Part shown: positions 19,404 to 29,590 of the stretch, one piece after another
How the letters are laid out: each line of letters opens with the position of its first letter
How positions within the stretch are numbered: position 1 is the first letter of the stretch
From: an uncultured Planctomycetales bacterium
Lineage (GTDB): Bacteria > Omnitrophota > Gorgyraeia > Gygaellales > Profunditerraquicolaceae
Assembly (NCBI GenBank): GCA_964542785.1
Contig: CAZIUK010000003.1
Location: 12,946-76,945, forward strand
Length of the DNA: 64,000 nt
Reading direction: 5' to 3'
The notes under the pieces: generated by a model
Seen by the model: the letters and a program-made list of their open reading frames with translations, nothing else
The model's database searches: none
What the model was told of the DNA's origin: nothing
Made by a program: the position numbers and the translations under genes

Positions 19404-22400
19404 ATGAAGCCAAAATTATCCGAAAATGCATTGAAAGTTTTAGAAAGAAGGTATTTGAAAAAAGATGAAGAGGGGAAAGTTGTAGAAACCCCGCAAGAGC
19501 TTTTTAGAAGAGTGGCCTCTGCAATTGCTTCGGCAGATAGGTTATACGGAAAAACAGAAAAAGAGATTAAGGTGTTAGAGGAAGAGTTTTACAATATGAT
19601 GGCTTCTTTGGAGTTTCTCCCTAATTCCCCTTGCCTTATGAACGCCGGTAAGGATTTAGGGCAACTATCTGCTTGTTTTGTCCTTCCGATAGAAGATTCC
19701 ATGGACTCTATATTTGAGAGTCTTAAAGCAACTGCTATGATCCATAAGTGCCTTGTCCCAGAAACTATTGTTATGGTTGATAGCGGTTTAAAGGAATTAA
19801 AAGATGTTTCTCCCGGAGAGAGGATACTTACCGAAGAGGGGTATTATAAGGTAAGCGAAATACATAAAAATGGAACCAAAGATATTTTTGAAGTAGTTAC
19901 TGAAAAAGGATATGCAATTAGAGGCACTGCTAAGCACCGCCTATTTATTATTGATGAAAATGGCAATTATGCATGGAAAAAGATAAAAGATTTAAGCCCG
20001 GATGATTGGGTGGTTTTAAAGCCCGCTAAGTGGCATGGTAGAGAAGTAGTAAAGCTTTCTAATTTTAAGTATGATTATCATCCGGTTAATAACGGGTCTT
20101 TTAACTTAAAGAGGGTAAAGATTCCAAGCTTCCTCTCTGTGCAATTGGCAGAATTATGGGGGATGTATATAGGCGATGGCTCTAACCATCGCGACGGAAT
20201 CAGGTTTAGCGTTGGAGAAGAGAGCCGGGAGCTTGTTGATTACATCTCTAAAATCTCCTTAGAACTATTTAACAAAAAACCAAGTGTGAGTAGATATGAA
20301 AAGAAGAGTTGTTATGAGGTAGCTCTTCTTAGCGTTGAACTTAAAGAATGGTTTGCGTCTTTAGGCATAACCAAAGCCTCAGCGCGTAGCGCAAGGATCC
20401 CTAAGATTCTTAAAAACGCGGGAGAAGATTATATATGTGGTTTTTTAAGAGGGCTTTTTTCTACGGATGGCTGTATAAGGAAGAGCGGGCATATTGCTTT
20501 AAGTACTACATCAAGCGCTTTGGCAGAAGAATTACAGGTCATTATGCTTTATTTAGGGATACCTACGCAAAAAACATACCGTCCGGATACAGATAGTTAT
20601 CAAGTCTCAGTTTGTAATAAGTCAGGATTTGCTATTTTTAGGGATAAGATAGGATTTTTAATCCGCGCTAAGCAAGAAAGGTTAAGTTCCGTTAATATTG
20701 AGGAGATTTTTACTAAAGGGCAGATAATCCCGAACCAGAAGAATCGTTTAAGTTCTTGGTATAATAGCTTGGAAGATATCTTAGAAAGAAGAAGGGCGGC
20801 AGATTTTATAGAAGGAATAATCCATAGGCCATCCGGCTTTCGCCAGTTAACCCGGCAGAAGGCATTGCTTATGCAAGAAGATGGCTTAGGCCCCGAATTC
20901 CTTAAGCAGTTTTTACAGGATAACTTATTCTATACGAAAATAAGCAGTATAAAACATTGCGGCAAGAGCGTAGTGTATGACTTAACTGTTCCTTATAAAC
21001 ATTCTTATGTGGCGAATGGTTTTGTTAGCCATAATTCTGGTGGAGGGACGGGTTTTTCCTTTTCGCGCCTTCGGTCGAAAAATGCGGTAGTTAAGACTAC
21101 TGGGGGTGTTGCCTCGGGGCCTATATCTTTTATGCGCGTTTATGATGCGGCGACCGAAGCGGTAAAACAAGGCGGGACAAGGCGTGGCGCTAACATGGGC
21201 ATATTAAGGGTAGACCACCCGGATGTCTTAGAGTTTATTACCTGTAAAGATAATAATAAGCAGATTAATAATTTCAATATCTCTATCGCCTTAACCGATG
21301 AATTTATGCGCAAGTTAGAAAAGAATGAGGATTATGATTTGATAGATCCCCATACTCAAAAGGTAGTAGAGAAGGTTAACTCTAAGGAGGTATTTGACTT
21401 AATAGTAAAGCAGGCGCATAAGAACGGAGAGCCTGGGGTGATCTTTATTGACAGGATGAATGAATTTAATCCTACCCCTAAATTAGGCAAGTATGAGTCT
21501 ACTAATCCTTGCGGGGAGCAGGTCTTACTTCCTTATGAGAGTTGTGATTTAGGTTCAATAAACCTTTCTTTGATTTGCAAGCAAAGAGACGGGCTTTATG
21601 AGATTGATTGGAATAGGTTAAAAGAGGTGACGCATTTAGCTGTGTATTTTTTAGATAATCTAATTGACGAGAATAAGTTTCCTCTTTTGCAAATTGAAAA
21701 GGCGACAAAAGCGACCCGCAAGGTTGGGTTAGGGGTTATGGGTTGGGCTTCTCTGCTTATACGTTTGAATATACCTTATAATAGCGACGAGGCGGTTGCC
21801 TTGGCTGAGAAGGTTATGTCTTTTATTTTAGATGAAGCGGTTAAAAAATCTTTAGAGTTAGGCAAGGCAAAGGGTGCCTTTCCTGCATTTAAAGGAAGTA
21901 TCTATGATAAGAAGAACGCAACGGCTAAGATGCGCAATGCCACTCTTACTACGATAGCTCCGACAGGGACAATTAGTATTATTGCCGGTCCGTGCTCTTC
22001 TGGGATTGAGCCGTTGTTTGCGATATCTTATTACCGTAATGTAATGGACAATGATAAGTTAGTAGAGGTTGATCCTTTATTTGAAGAGGTGGCGCGTTTG
22101 CGCGGTTTTTATAGCCGTGAATTGATGGAGAAGATTGCTAAGAGCGGTTCCCTTGCGCATATTGAAGAGGTGCCTGAGGATGTAAAAAAGATTTTTGTTA
22201 CTGCCCACGATATATCTCCTGAATGGCATGTGCGTATGCAGGCGGCATTTCAGAGGTTTGTACATAATGCTACTTCAAAGACAATAAACTTTCCAGAGGA
22301 GGCTTCTATCGAAGATGTCCGTGAGGCCTATCTTTTAGCTTATGATTTAGGGTGTAAGGGGATAACTGTTTATCGCGATAAGAGCCGAGAGGAACAGGTC

Positions 22401-23003
22401 TTAAATATTGGTAGCTCTAAAGAAGACAAGAGCATAAAGACAGATACCTTTAAGCAGGATTTTAAGAAAGAGATTGCGCCTAGGCCTCGACCGGAGGTAA
22501 TTTTTGGCACAACGACAAAGGTCCCAACCGGCTGCGGGAATCTTTACGTTACTATAAATGTTGACGAAAAAGGAGAGCCATTTGAATTGTTTACTCAAAT
22601 GGGTAAAGCCGGGGGGTGCGCTGCTTCCCAACTTGAAGCCATAGGCAGATTAGTCTCTTTAGGTTTTCGTACAGGAGTAGAGGTCAAATCTATTATTGAA
22701 CAGCTTAGGAATATCCGCTGTCCGTCTCCTTCTTGGGAGAAAGGGCAACGTATATTTTCTTGTGCTGATGCTATTGCCAGAGTAATAGAGAGAAGGTTGG
22801 TAAATACGCAAACCTCAAAAGAAGGGCTTGAAGTAGCTCCAATAGCGATGAAGCACTCTTCTGATGATGAGCAAGTAGTAACTGAGATTAATAATAGCAC
22901 TAGCCGCGGGGATATTGTTGGAGTATGCCCTGATTGCGGGGGAGCTCTTCGCCATGAAGAAGGGTGTATGAAGTGTTATGCCTGCGGGTTTTCTAAGTGT
23001 TGA
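19404..23003 (+). CDS. nrdJ: Class II (adenosylcobalamin-dependent) ribonucleotide reductase, intein-containing
   Basis: Motifs LPNSPCLMNAG and (after intein removal) IHK-SGGGTGFSFSRLR; C-terminal zinc ribbon CPDCGG...CMKCYACG. The extein is ~770 aa. Confidence 0.85.
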   Translation: MKPKLSENALKVLERRYLKKDEEGKVVETPQELFRRVASAIASADRLYGKTEKEIKVLEEEFYNMMASLEFLPNSPCLMNAGKDLGQLSACFVLPIEDSMDSIFESLKATAMIHKCLVPETIVMVDSGLKELKDVSPGERILTEEGYYKVSEIHKNGTKDIFEVVTEKGYAIRGTAKHRLFIIDENGNYAWKKIKDLSPDDWVVLKPAKWHGREVVKLSNFKYDYHPVNNGSFNLKRVKIPSFLSVQLAELWGMYIGDGSNHRDGIRFSVGEESRELVDYISKISLELFNKKPSVSRYEKKSCYEVALLSVELKEWFASLGITKASARSARIPKILKNAGEDYICGFLRGLFSTDGCIRKSGHIALSTTSSALAEELQVIMLYLGIPTQKTYRPDTDSYQVSVCNKSGFAIFRDKIGFLIRAKQERLSSVNIEEIFTKGQIIPNQKNRLSSWYNSLEDILERRRAADFIEGIIHRPSGFRQLTRQKALLMQEDGLGPEFLKQFLQDNLFYTKISSIKHCGKSVVYDLTVPYKHSYVANGFVSHNSGGGTGFSFSRLRSKNAVVKTTGGVASGPISFMRVYDAATEAVKQGGTRRGANMGILRVDHPDVLEFITCKDNNKQINNFNISIALTDEFMRKLEKNEDYDLIDPHTQKVVEKVNSKEVFDLIVKQAHKNGEPGVIFIDRMNEFNPTPKLGKYESTNPCGEQVLLPYESCDLGSINLSLICKQRDGLYEIDWNRLKEVTHLAVYFLDNLIDENKFPLLQIEKATKATRKVGLGVMGWASLLIRLNIPYNSDEAVALAEKVMSFILDEAVKKSLELGKAKGAFPAFKGSIYDKKNATAKMRNATLTTIAPTGTISIIAGPCSSGIEPLFAISYYRNVMDNDKLVEVDPLFEEVARLRGFYSRELMEKIAKSGSLAHIEEVPEDVKKIFVTAHDISPEWHVRMQAAFQRFVHNATSKTINFPEEASIEDVREAYLLAYDLGCKGITVYRDKSREEQVLNIGSSKEDKSIKTDTFKQDFKKEIAPRPRPEVIFGTTTKVPTGCGNLYVTINVDEKGEPFELFTQMGKAGGCAASQLEAIGRLVSLGFRTGVEVKSIIEQLRNIRCPSPSWEKGQRIFSCADAIARVIERRLVNTQTSKEGLEVAPIAMKHSSDDEQVVTEINNSTSRGDIVGVCPDCGGALRHEEGCMKCYACGFSKC
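19749..21035 (+). mobile_element. Intein (429 aa) with a LAGLIDADG homing-endonuclease domain inside the RNR gene
   Basis: Begins with Cys (CLVPETIVMVDSG) and ends with HN followed by Ser (VSHN|SGGG). Two LAGLIDADG-like blocks (LWGMYIGDGS, FLRGLFSTDGC). Inserted in the conserved IHK/SGGG active-site loop. Confidence 0.8.
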
Positions 23004-23058
23004 TTTAGTTATTCGATTATTTTGTTTATCAGTTTGATAGTTAAATAAGGGGATTAAG

Positions 23059-24342
23059 ATGAAAAAAATTCTTTATGTAGTGCTTGATGGTTTAGGGGAT
23101 TTGCCGATAAAAGAGTTGGGAGGAAAGACCCCGCTTGAAGCGGCAGTTACTCCTAATATGGATAGGTTAGCGCAGTCAGGCAGAACAGGGATAGTTTATC
23201 CCGTAGGAAAAGGTATTGCCCCGGAGTCGGATGTAGCGGTAATCAGCCTATTAGGGTATGACGCGCATAAGTATTATACCGGACGCGGGCCATTAGAGTC
23301 TTTTGCCGAAGGTTTGAATATAAATGATGGGGATGTTGCTTTTAGAGTTAATTTTGCTACGGTAGGCGATGACCTAAAGACTATAAAAGACCGCCGCGTG
23401 GGGAGAAACCTCTCTACAGAAGAAGCCGCTGCTTTAGCTAAGGAGATAAATGCAAAGGTTACTTTGTCTAGCGCTACATTTGAGTTTAAGAGTACTATTG
23501 GACACCGCGGGATATTAGTGATAAGAGGGATGCATCAGAAGTTATCAGGTTGGATTACTAATACAGACCCTGCTTATGGCCGTTACGGAGTATTTGGCGT
23601 AGCCTTAGATGAGTTTGAAAATAGGGTAGCGGTATCTGTACCTATACAAGGACATGAGGAGGACTTAAGCGCTAAAGAGTCTTCTAAGCTTTTAAATGAA
23701 TTTACTGAAAAATCTATAAAGGTATTAAATGAATCAGCAATAAACAAGAAGAGGATTAGTGAAGGAAAGTTGCCGGGAAATTTAATCCTCTCGCGTGACG
23801 CAGGGGATCGGTTGCCTAAATTTCCTTCTATTTTAAGCATATTTAATTTAAAGTTTGGTTCTTTTGTGCAGATGCCTGTTGAGAAGGGAATAGCACTTTT
23901 AACGGGGATAGATGTTATTGAAGTTCCTCAATCAAGCGGCCATTTAGATGTGGATTATCCTATTTGGGCAAAGATAGCGTTAGATTCTATGCAAAAGTAT
24001 GACGGAATTTATGTGCATTTAAAAGGCCCTGATGAGCCTGCGCACGATGGAGATTTCTTGAATAAAAAAGAGAGTATAGAGGCAATAGACAAACATTTCT
24101 TCTCAAGTCTCTTACCTAAATTGGATATCGCTAATACTATTGTTGCTATAACCGCAGATCACTCTACTGCCTGCGCAATCAAAGCGCATACTGCAGATCC
24201 TGTTCCGCTATTAATATGCGGGGGGAATATTAGGCCTGATGGCTCAATGAGTTTTTCAGAGCGGGCAGCAGCCTTAGGCTCAATCGGAGAACTTTTAGGT
24301 AATCAGATACTGCCGTATTTAGTGGATTTATCTAAAGAGTAA
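23059..24342 (+). CDS. apgM: Cofactor-independent phosphoglycerate mutase, archaeal-type
   Basis: N-terminal MKKILYVVLDGLGD and overall ApgM (alkaline-phosphatase superfamily) architecture; 427 aa. Confidence 0.75.
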   Translation: MKKILYVVLDGLGDLPIKELGGKTPLEAAVTPNMDRLAQSGRTGIVYPVGKGIAPESDVAVISLLGYDAHKYYTGRGPLESFAEGLNINDGDVAFRVNFATVGDDLKTIKDRRVGRNLSTEEAAALAKEINAKVTLSSATFEFKSTIGHRGILVIRGMHQKLSGWITNTDPAYGRYGVFGVALDEFENRVAVSVPIQGHEEDLSAKESSKLLNEFTEKSIKVLNESAINKKRISEGKLPGNLILSRDAGDRLPKFPSILSIFNLKFGSFVQMPVEKGIALLTGIDVIEVPQSSGHLDVDYPIWAKIALDSMQKYDGIYVHLKGPDEPAHDGDFLNKKESIEAIDKHFFSSLLPKLDIANTIVAITADHSTACAIKAHTADPVPLLICGGNIRPDGSMSFSERAAALGSIGELLGNQILPYLVDLSKE

Positions 24343-24363
24343 GGCATTGGTTTTATCTCTTAT

Positions 24364-24396
24364 GGGGCCGGAGTTATATCCGGCCCCTTTATTTAT
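24364..24396 (+). terminator. Rho-independent terminator GGGGCCGG-agttatat-CCGGCCCC followed by a T-tract
   Basis: Perfect 8-bp GC stem plus TTTATTTAT, read directly. Confidence 0.65.
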
Positions 24397-24426
24397 ATAA
24401 TTATTTTAGGATTAGGTTTTTTAGCG

Positions 24427-26262
24427 ATGGAGAATTACGAGATTATAGTAATAGGTGCAGGGCATGCCGGGATAGAGGCTGGTTTGGCAGCTTCGCGGAT
24501 GGGGCGTAAGACAGCGATAGTTACCTTTAGAAAAGAGACCATTGGGCTTATGAGTTGTAATCCGGCGATTGGAGGAGTAGGCAAGGGGCAATTAGTCCGT
24601 GAAATAGATGCTTTAGGGGGAGAGATGGCTCATGCTATAGATTTTAGCGGGATACAGTTTCGCACTCTCAATGCTTCTAAAGGAGCGGCAGTTCATTCAT
24701 CCCGGGCTCAGGCAGACCGAAAGATTTATCAAAGATATATGCAAAAGAGGGTAACAAGTCAAAAAAATCTTACTCTTATAGAAAAGGAAACGACAGGTAT
24801 TATTAAGGAAGATAGGGCAGTTGGAGTTAGATGTGGTAAAGAGGTAATCCTCGCAAAAAAAATTATTCTTGCTGCGGGGACTTTTTTAAACGGAGTAATA
24901 CGTATTGGCTTAGATAAGTATAAAGGAGGCAGGGTTAATGAGCCTGTTAGTCAGAGATTGCCTTTAAGTTTAAAAAGTGCCGGGCTTAAAATGGGCCGGT
25001 TTAAGACTTGCACTACAATGTGCCTTGACAAAAGGACGATTGATTTTTCTAAGATGGCGCCCCAATTTGCAGATAGCAGGATAAGGCCTTTTTCTTCTGC
25101 TACCAAGAAGATAAATTTAAAACAAAAACCATGTTACTTAACTTATACTAATGATAAGACGCATAAGATAATCGCTTCCTCTTTAAAGGATAAAGAGTTT
25201 TTAGCTATCCTTAAAGAGGGGGTAAACCCGCGTTACTGTCCTTCTATAGAAGATAAGATCATGCGTTTTCCTGATAGAGAGAGGCACCAGGTATTCTTAG
25301 AGCCCGAAGGCATAGATACTGATGAGTATTATTGTAACGGGCTGTTTACTTTTCTGCCGAAAAATACACAAGAGGCTATAATCCGCTCTATTGTGGGGTT
25401 AGAAAAAGCCAAGATAACTAAGTTTGGTTATGGTATAGAGTATGATTACTTTGACCCGACTCAACTTTTTCCTACTTTAGAGGTAAAAAAAATTAGAAAC
25501 TTATATCTTGCTGGACAGATTAATGGCACAACCGGGTATGAGGAAGCTGGAGCGCAAGGGTTGATTGCCGGGATTAATGCGGCTTTAAGCATAAGCAAAA
25601 AAGAACCGTTAATACTTAACCGCGCTTTAAGTTATATCGGCGTCTTAATTGACGACCTTGTTACTAAGGGGGTTGAGGAGCCGTATCGTATGTTTACCTC
25701 GCGGGCAGAATACCGGCTTATATTAAGAGAGGATAATGCGGATATACGCTTAAGCAAAATAGGTTATGACTTAGGGTTAGTTAAAGATTGTCTTTATAAA
25801 AAGTCTTTAGTTAAGGCTGAAGAGATTAAAAAGGGGATACTTTTTTTAAGGGATACTCGGGTTAAATCTTTTAAAGCAGAGAGATTAAAAAAAGAGGCAA
25901 CGCTTGAAAGTTTATTAAAAAGGCCCGGTGTAGGGCTGGATGACTTTAAGGAGTATAACTATAAAGAGCTTAAAGGTGTAGAGGTTGATGTGTCTAAGGG
26001 CATAGAGATTGAGGTAAAGTATAGCGGGTTCATAAGCAGGCAGATAAAAGATGTTGAGAGGTTTATGCATCTTGAGAAGATAAAAATTCCTAATAGTATA
26101 GTTTATACTGATATTCCGGGGTTATCCAACGAGGCAAAGGAAAAATTAAGCAGGCTTAGACCTTTGACCCTTGGCCAGGCATCACGTATATCAGGGGTAA
26201 CTTTGGCGGCTATTTCAATATTGATGATCTATCTTAAGAAAGAGCGTTTAGGGGTAGTATAA
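24427..26262 (+). CDS. mnmG: tRNA uridine 5-carboxymethylaminomethyl modification enzyme
   Basis: FAD-binding IVIGAGHAGIEAG; full-length MnmG/GidA architecture (611 aa). Confidence 0.95.
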   Translation: MENYEIIVIGAGHAGIEAGLAASRMGRKTAIVTFRKETIGLMSCNPAIGGVGKGQLVREIDALGGEMAHAIDFSGIQFRTLNASKGAAVHSSRAQADRKIYQRYMQKRVTSQKNLTLIEKETTGIIKEDRAVGVRCGKEVILAKKIILAAGTFLNGVIRIGLDKYKGGRVNEPVSQRLPLSLKSAGLKMGRFKTCTTMCLDKRTIDFSKMAPQFADSRIRPFSSATKKINLKQKPCYLTYTNDKTHKIIASSLKDKEFLAILKEGVNPRYCPSIEDKIMRFPDRERHQVFLEPEGIDTDEYYCNGLFTFLPKNTQEAIIRSIVGLEKAKITKFGYGIEYDYFDPTQLFPTLEVKKIRNLYLAGQINGTTGYEEAGAQGLIAGINAALSISKKEPLILNRALSYIGVLIDDLVTKGVEEPYRMFTSRAEYRLILREDNADIRLSKIGYDLGLVKDCLYKKSLVKAEEIKKGILFLRDTRVKSFKAERLKKEATLESLLKRPGVGLDDFKEYNYKELKGVEVDVSKGIEIEVKYSGFISRQIKDVERFMHLEKIKIPNSIVYTDIPGLSNEAKEKLSRLRPLTLGQASRISGVTLAAISILMIYLKKERLGVV

Positions 26263-26318
26263 TTTAAAGCAGAATATCTCCTTGACCCGGGATTTCCCCT
26301 AGTATATAATTCATTTTA

Positions 26319-27035
26319 ATGAAGAAGAAGATTGTAACTTGGATAAAAAAAAAGGTTAAGTCTGCAAGGGCTAGGGGGATTGTTTTAGGGTTATCCGGAG
26401 GGTTAGATTCAGCAGTTGTTGCCGAATTGTCTTTACAAGCAGTTGGGAGAGAGAATGTATTAGCTTTAATCTTACCTTGCAATAGCATAAGAGAGGATTT
26501 AAAGGATGCTAAGTTAGTTGTAAAGGCGCTTAAACTAAAGGCAAAAAATATAGACCTAACTAAGGTTTATGAGCTTTTTATAAAGCTTTTACCTTCGGCA
26601 GGCATCCTTGCTAAGGCTAATCTTAAACCTAGGCTGCGCATGACTGCGCTTTATTACTTTGCCAATAAGTTTAATTACCTTGTTTGCGGTACAAGCAATA
26701 AATCAGAGGTATCTATAGGGTATTTTACTAAGTTTGGGGATGGCGGGGCAGATATACTTCCTTTGGCGGGGTTGTTAAAATCTCAAGTAAGAGATTTGGC
26801 AAGAGAGCTAAATATCCCAAAGAGGATAATTTCTAAAGCTCCTAGTGCCGGACTTTGGAGGGGCCAAACTGATGAAGCAGAGCTAGGACTTACATACAAT
26901 GAGCTTGATGATATATTGATGCGGCTCGAGAAGGGGTTAAAGCAGTTGTCGTCTTTAGATAAGGTAAGAAAGGTAAAGAGTTTGATTTTACACTCTGCGC
27001 ATAAAAGAGGTAATGCGGCTGTTTTCCGTATTTAA
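26319..27035 (+). CDS. nadE: NH3-dependent NAD+ synthetase
   Basis: PP-loop SGGLDSAV; 238 aa. Confidence 0.85.
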   Translation: MKKKIVTWIKKKVKSARARGIVLGLSGGLDSAVVAELSLQAVGRENVLALILPCNSIREDLKDAKLVVKALKLKAKNIDLTKVYELFIKLLPSAGILAKANLKPRLRMTALYYFANKFNYLVCGTSNKSEVSIGYFTKFGDGGADILPLAGLLKSQVRDLARELNIPKRIISKAPSAGLWRGQTDEAELGLTYNELDDILMRLEKGLKQLSSLDKVRKVKSLILHSAHKRGNAAVFRI

Positions 27036-27050
27036 GCGAAAGGGGAAAAG

Positions 27051-27542
27051 ATGGATGAGATACTTAAGATATTAGAGAAAGATGCGCGCACAGCTCCTGA
27101 GGATATCGCTAAGATGCTTAAGAAAAAAAGGAGCCCTCAAGAGATAAGGGATAAGATTAAAAAGTATGAAAAAGACGGGGTGATTTTAAAATATAAGACA
27201 GTTTTGAATAAAGATTTAATTCGAAATAATGAATCATGTGTACGCGCTTTAATTGAGGTTAATGTCCTTCCGCAGAAAGATGTTGGTTTTGATAGGATAG
27301 CCGAGCGGATATATTCCTTTCCAGAGGTCTTAAGTTGTTATCTTATATCAGGCGCATACGACCTTCTTGTGATAGTGGAGGGTAAGAATATACATGCTGT
27401 ATCAAACTTTGTGGCAGAGAAACTTTCCTGCCTTGAGAATGTCCGCGAGACGACTACGCATTTTCTGCTTAAAAAATACAAAGAAGACGGAGTCGCCTTG
27501 AAGCGCAAAGAGGATAATAAAAGGATAGCTATCTCTTATTAA
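27051..27542 (+). CDS. AsnC/Lrp-family transcriptional regulator
   Basis: N-terminal HTH plus RAM domain; 163 aa. Confidence 0.75.
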   Translation: MDEILKILEKDARTAPEDIAKMLKKKRSPQEIRDKIKKYEKDGVILKYKTVLNKDLIRNNESCVRALIEVNVLPQKDVGFDRIAERIYSFPEVLSCYLISGAYDLLVIVEGKNIHAVSNFVAEKLSCLENVRETTTHFLLKKYKEDGVALKRKEDNKRIAISY

Positions 27543-27628
27543 TAAAATATTTTTTAGCTGCTATTTTTTTAAAAGGATTTTTATGCGAAAAGATAAGTTT
27601 TAGCAAGAAGCAATAATAAAGTAAAACA

Positions 27629-28789
27629 ATGAGAAATATCGTATCTAATAAAGTAGAGCAGATACAGCCTTCAGGCATCAGGGCTTTTTTTGATTTAGTC
27701 TTGGGAATGAAGGATGTTATATCATTAGGCGTAGGCGAGCCTGATTTTGTTACCCCTTGGGCGATACGTGAATCTGGGATAACTGCGCTTGAAGAGGGCT
27801 TTACTTCATATACTTCTAATAAAGGTTTATACAAGCTGCGCTTGGGTATAAGCCGTTATCTAAGGAGTAGATTCGGCATGGAGTATTCTGCGGATGAGGA
27901 GATTCTGGTTACTGTCGGGGTAAGTGAAGCTATGGATTTAGCTTTGCGTACGATTGTAAACCCTAATGACAAGATCCTAATACCTTCTCCTAACTATGTC
28001 TCTTACGGTCCGCTTGCGGAGTTAGCCTCAGGCATCCCCGTATATATAGATACGCAGAAGGATGGGTTTAAATTAACCGCCAAAAATCTAGAGAGGCATA
28101 TAGATGATAAGGTAAAAGGGATAATTTTTAATTACCCGTGTAATCCCACCGGAGTTTCTTACAAGAGAAAAGAGTTAAGCAGGATAAATGAGATTCTCTT
28201 AAAGAATAAGATTATATGTATATCGGATGAGATATACGGGGATTTAACTTATGATTTTGAGCATGTAGCCTTCCCCTCGTTGCCTAAGGCTAAAAAGAAT
28301 ACGATTTATCTTAATGGTTTCTCTAAGTCATACGCGATGACCGGCTGGAGGGTAGGTTTTGCCTGTGGGCCTAAAGATATTATCGCAGGAATGACCAAGA
28401 TACATCAATATACTATCATGTGTGTCCCTACAGTCTCTCAGATGGCAGCATCTGAAGCGTTGTATTCTGGGGAAAGGGAAGTTAGGGAGATGAAACGCGA
28501 GTATGCAAGAAGAAGGGAATTTATTATTGAAGGGTTAAATAAGTTAGGGCTTCTTTGCCATAAGCCGCAAGGAGCTTTTTATGCTTTCCCTAATATCAAA
28601 AAAACAGGGTTGACTGCTCTTGATTTTGCCCAGAGGCTTTTAAAGAAGAAGAGAGTTGCAGTGGTCCCGGGGACTGCCTTTGGCAGGGAATACAAAGACT
28701 ACCTTCGTATATCCTATGCTTCAAGTTTAGATAATCTTAAAGAAGCTTTAAAAAGGATCGGCGATTTTTTAATTAGCGGGGGTATCTAA
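27629..28789 (+). CDS. Class I/II pyridoxal-phosphate aminotransferase (aspartate aminotransferase-like)
   Basis: PLP-lysine motif NGFSKSYAMTGWRVG; 386 aa. Confidence 0.85.
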   Translation: MRNIVSNKVEQIQPSGIRAFFDLVLGMKDVISLGVGEPDFVTPWAIRESGITALEEGFTSYTSNKGLYKLRLGISRYLRSRFGMEYSADEEILVTVGVSEAMDLALRTIVNPNDKILIPSPNYVSYGPLAELASGIPVYIDTQKDGFKLTAKNLERHIDDKVKGIIFNYPCNPTGVSYKRKELSRINEILLKNKIICISDEIYGDLTYDFEHVAFPSLPKAKKNTIYLNGFSKSYAMTGWRVGFACGPKDIIAGMTKIHQYTIMCVPTVSQMAASEALYSGEREVREMKREYARRREFIIEGLNKLGLLCHKPQGAFYAFPNIKKTGLTALDFAQRLLKKKRVAVVPGTAFGREYKDYLRISYASSLDNLKEALKRIGDFLISGGI

Positions 28790-28822
28790 AAAAAGGTTTA
28801 CGGAATAGAAGAGGAGATAAAG

Positions 28823-29209
28823 ATGGTAAAAAGACGTATTTTTATTGCAGATGACGAGCCGGAGGTCCTCTTTTTGCTAAAAGATTTTCTTACTGCTAAT
28901 AATTTTGATGTTAAAGTTTGCAAGGTATCTAAAAATGTTGTGCGCTTAATTCGTTCTTTTAAGCCCCATTTAATTCTCTTAGATTTATTGATGCCTGATC
29001 TAGGCGGTTTTGAGGTGTGTGAAATTTTAAATCACGATTCTTGTACTTGCGGGATACCGATAATTATTATTTCCGGGTTAGGCGACCCAAAGGATATTAA
29101 AAAAGCCTATAAATTGGGCATAGTGGGTTATCTGGTTAAGCCATTTTCTTTAGAGAGTATGCTTAAAAAAATTAATCAGGCCATTGCTAATAAGGAGAAA
29201 GTCTTTTAG
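28823..29209 (+). CDS. Stand-alone response-regulator receiver (CheY-like)
   Basis: Receiver acidic residues (DDEPE...LLDLLMPD) and conserved Lys (GYLVKPF); 128 aa. Confidence 0.8.
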   Translation: MVKRRIFIADDEPEVLFLLKDFLTANNFDVKVCKVSKNVVRLIRSFKPHLILLDLLMPDLGGFEVCEILNHDSCTCGIPIIIISGLGDPKDIKKAYKLGIVGYLVKPFSLESMLKKINQAIANKEKVF

Positions 29210-29259
29210 CCTTTTTTTCCTTCACGACGGTAGATTTAAATAAAAATTAAAAATACTTC

Positions 29260-29307
29260 TTGACAAAAACCCCATTCTTTTATATCATTTGATATAGAGT
29301 TATATCA
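29260..29307 (+). promoter_or_regulatory. Promoter TTGACA, 17-bp spacer, TATCAT, followed by a perfect inverted repeat TGATATA-gagt-TATATCA (candidate operator)
   Basis: Read directly upstream of the MerR-like gene. Confidence 0.35.
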
Positions 29308-29358
29308 AGTGCTATAACTTACCATATATCTATAATCCTTTTAACAGAGGAGACTCAA

Positions 29359-29586
29359 ATGGCCGAATCCTTAATTTCTCCCGCTGAAATAACTAAAATT
29401 CATAGCATATCTTATCAGACGGTTAACTACTATACTAACCTTGGGCTCTTAAAAGTCAAAAAGAGAGAGGCTAATAATCGTCTTTACAGCTCCAAGGAAG
29501 TCAGTTCTAGCTTAAAGAAGGTCTCTGAGCTTAAGAGCCGGGGGTATTCATTAAAGCTTATATGTGATTTATTAAGAAAGGGCTGA
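29359..29586 (+). CDS. Small MerR-type HTH protein
   Basis: IHSISYQTVNYYTNLGLL resembles a MerR N-terminal HTH; 75 aa. Confidence 0.45.
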   Translation: MAESLISPAEITKIHSISYQTVNYYTNLGLLKVKKREANNRLYSSKEVSSSLKKVSELKSRGYSLKLICDLLRKG

Positions 29587-29590
29587 TGGG

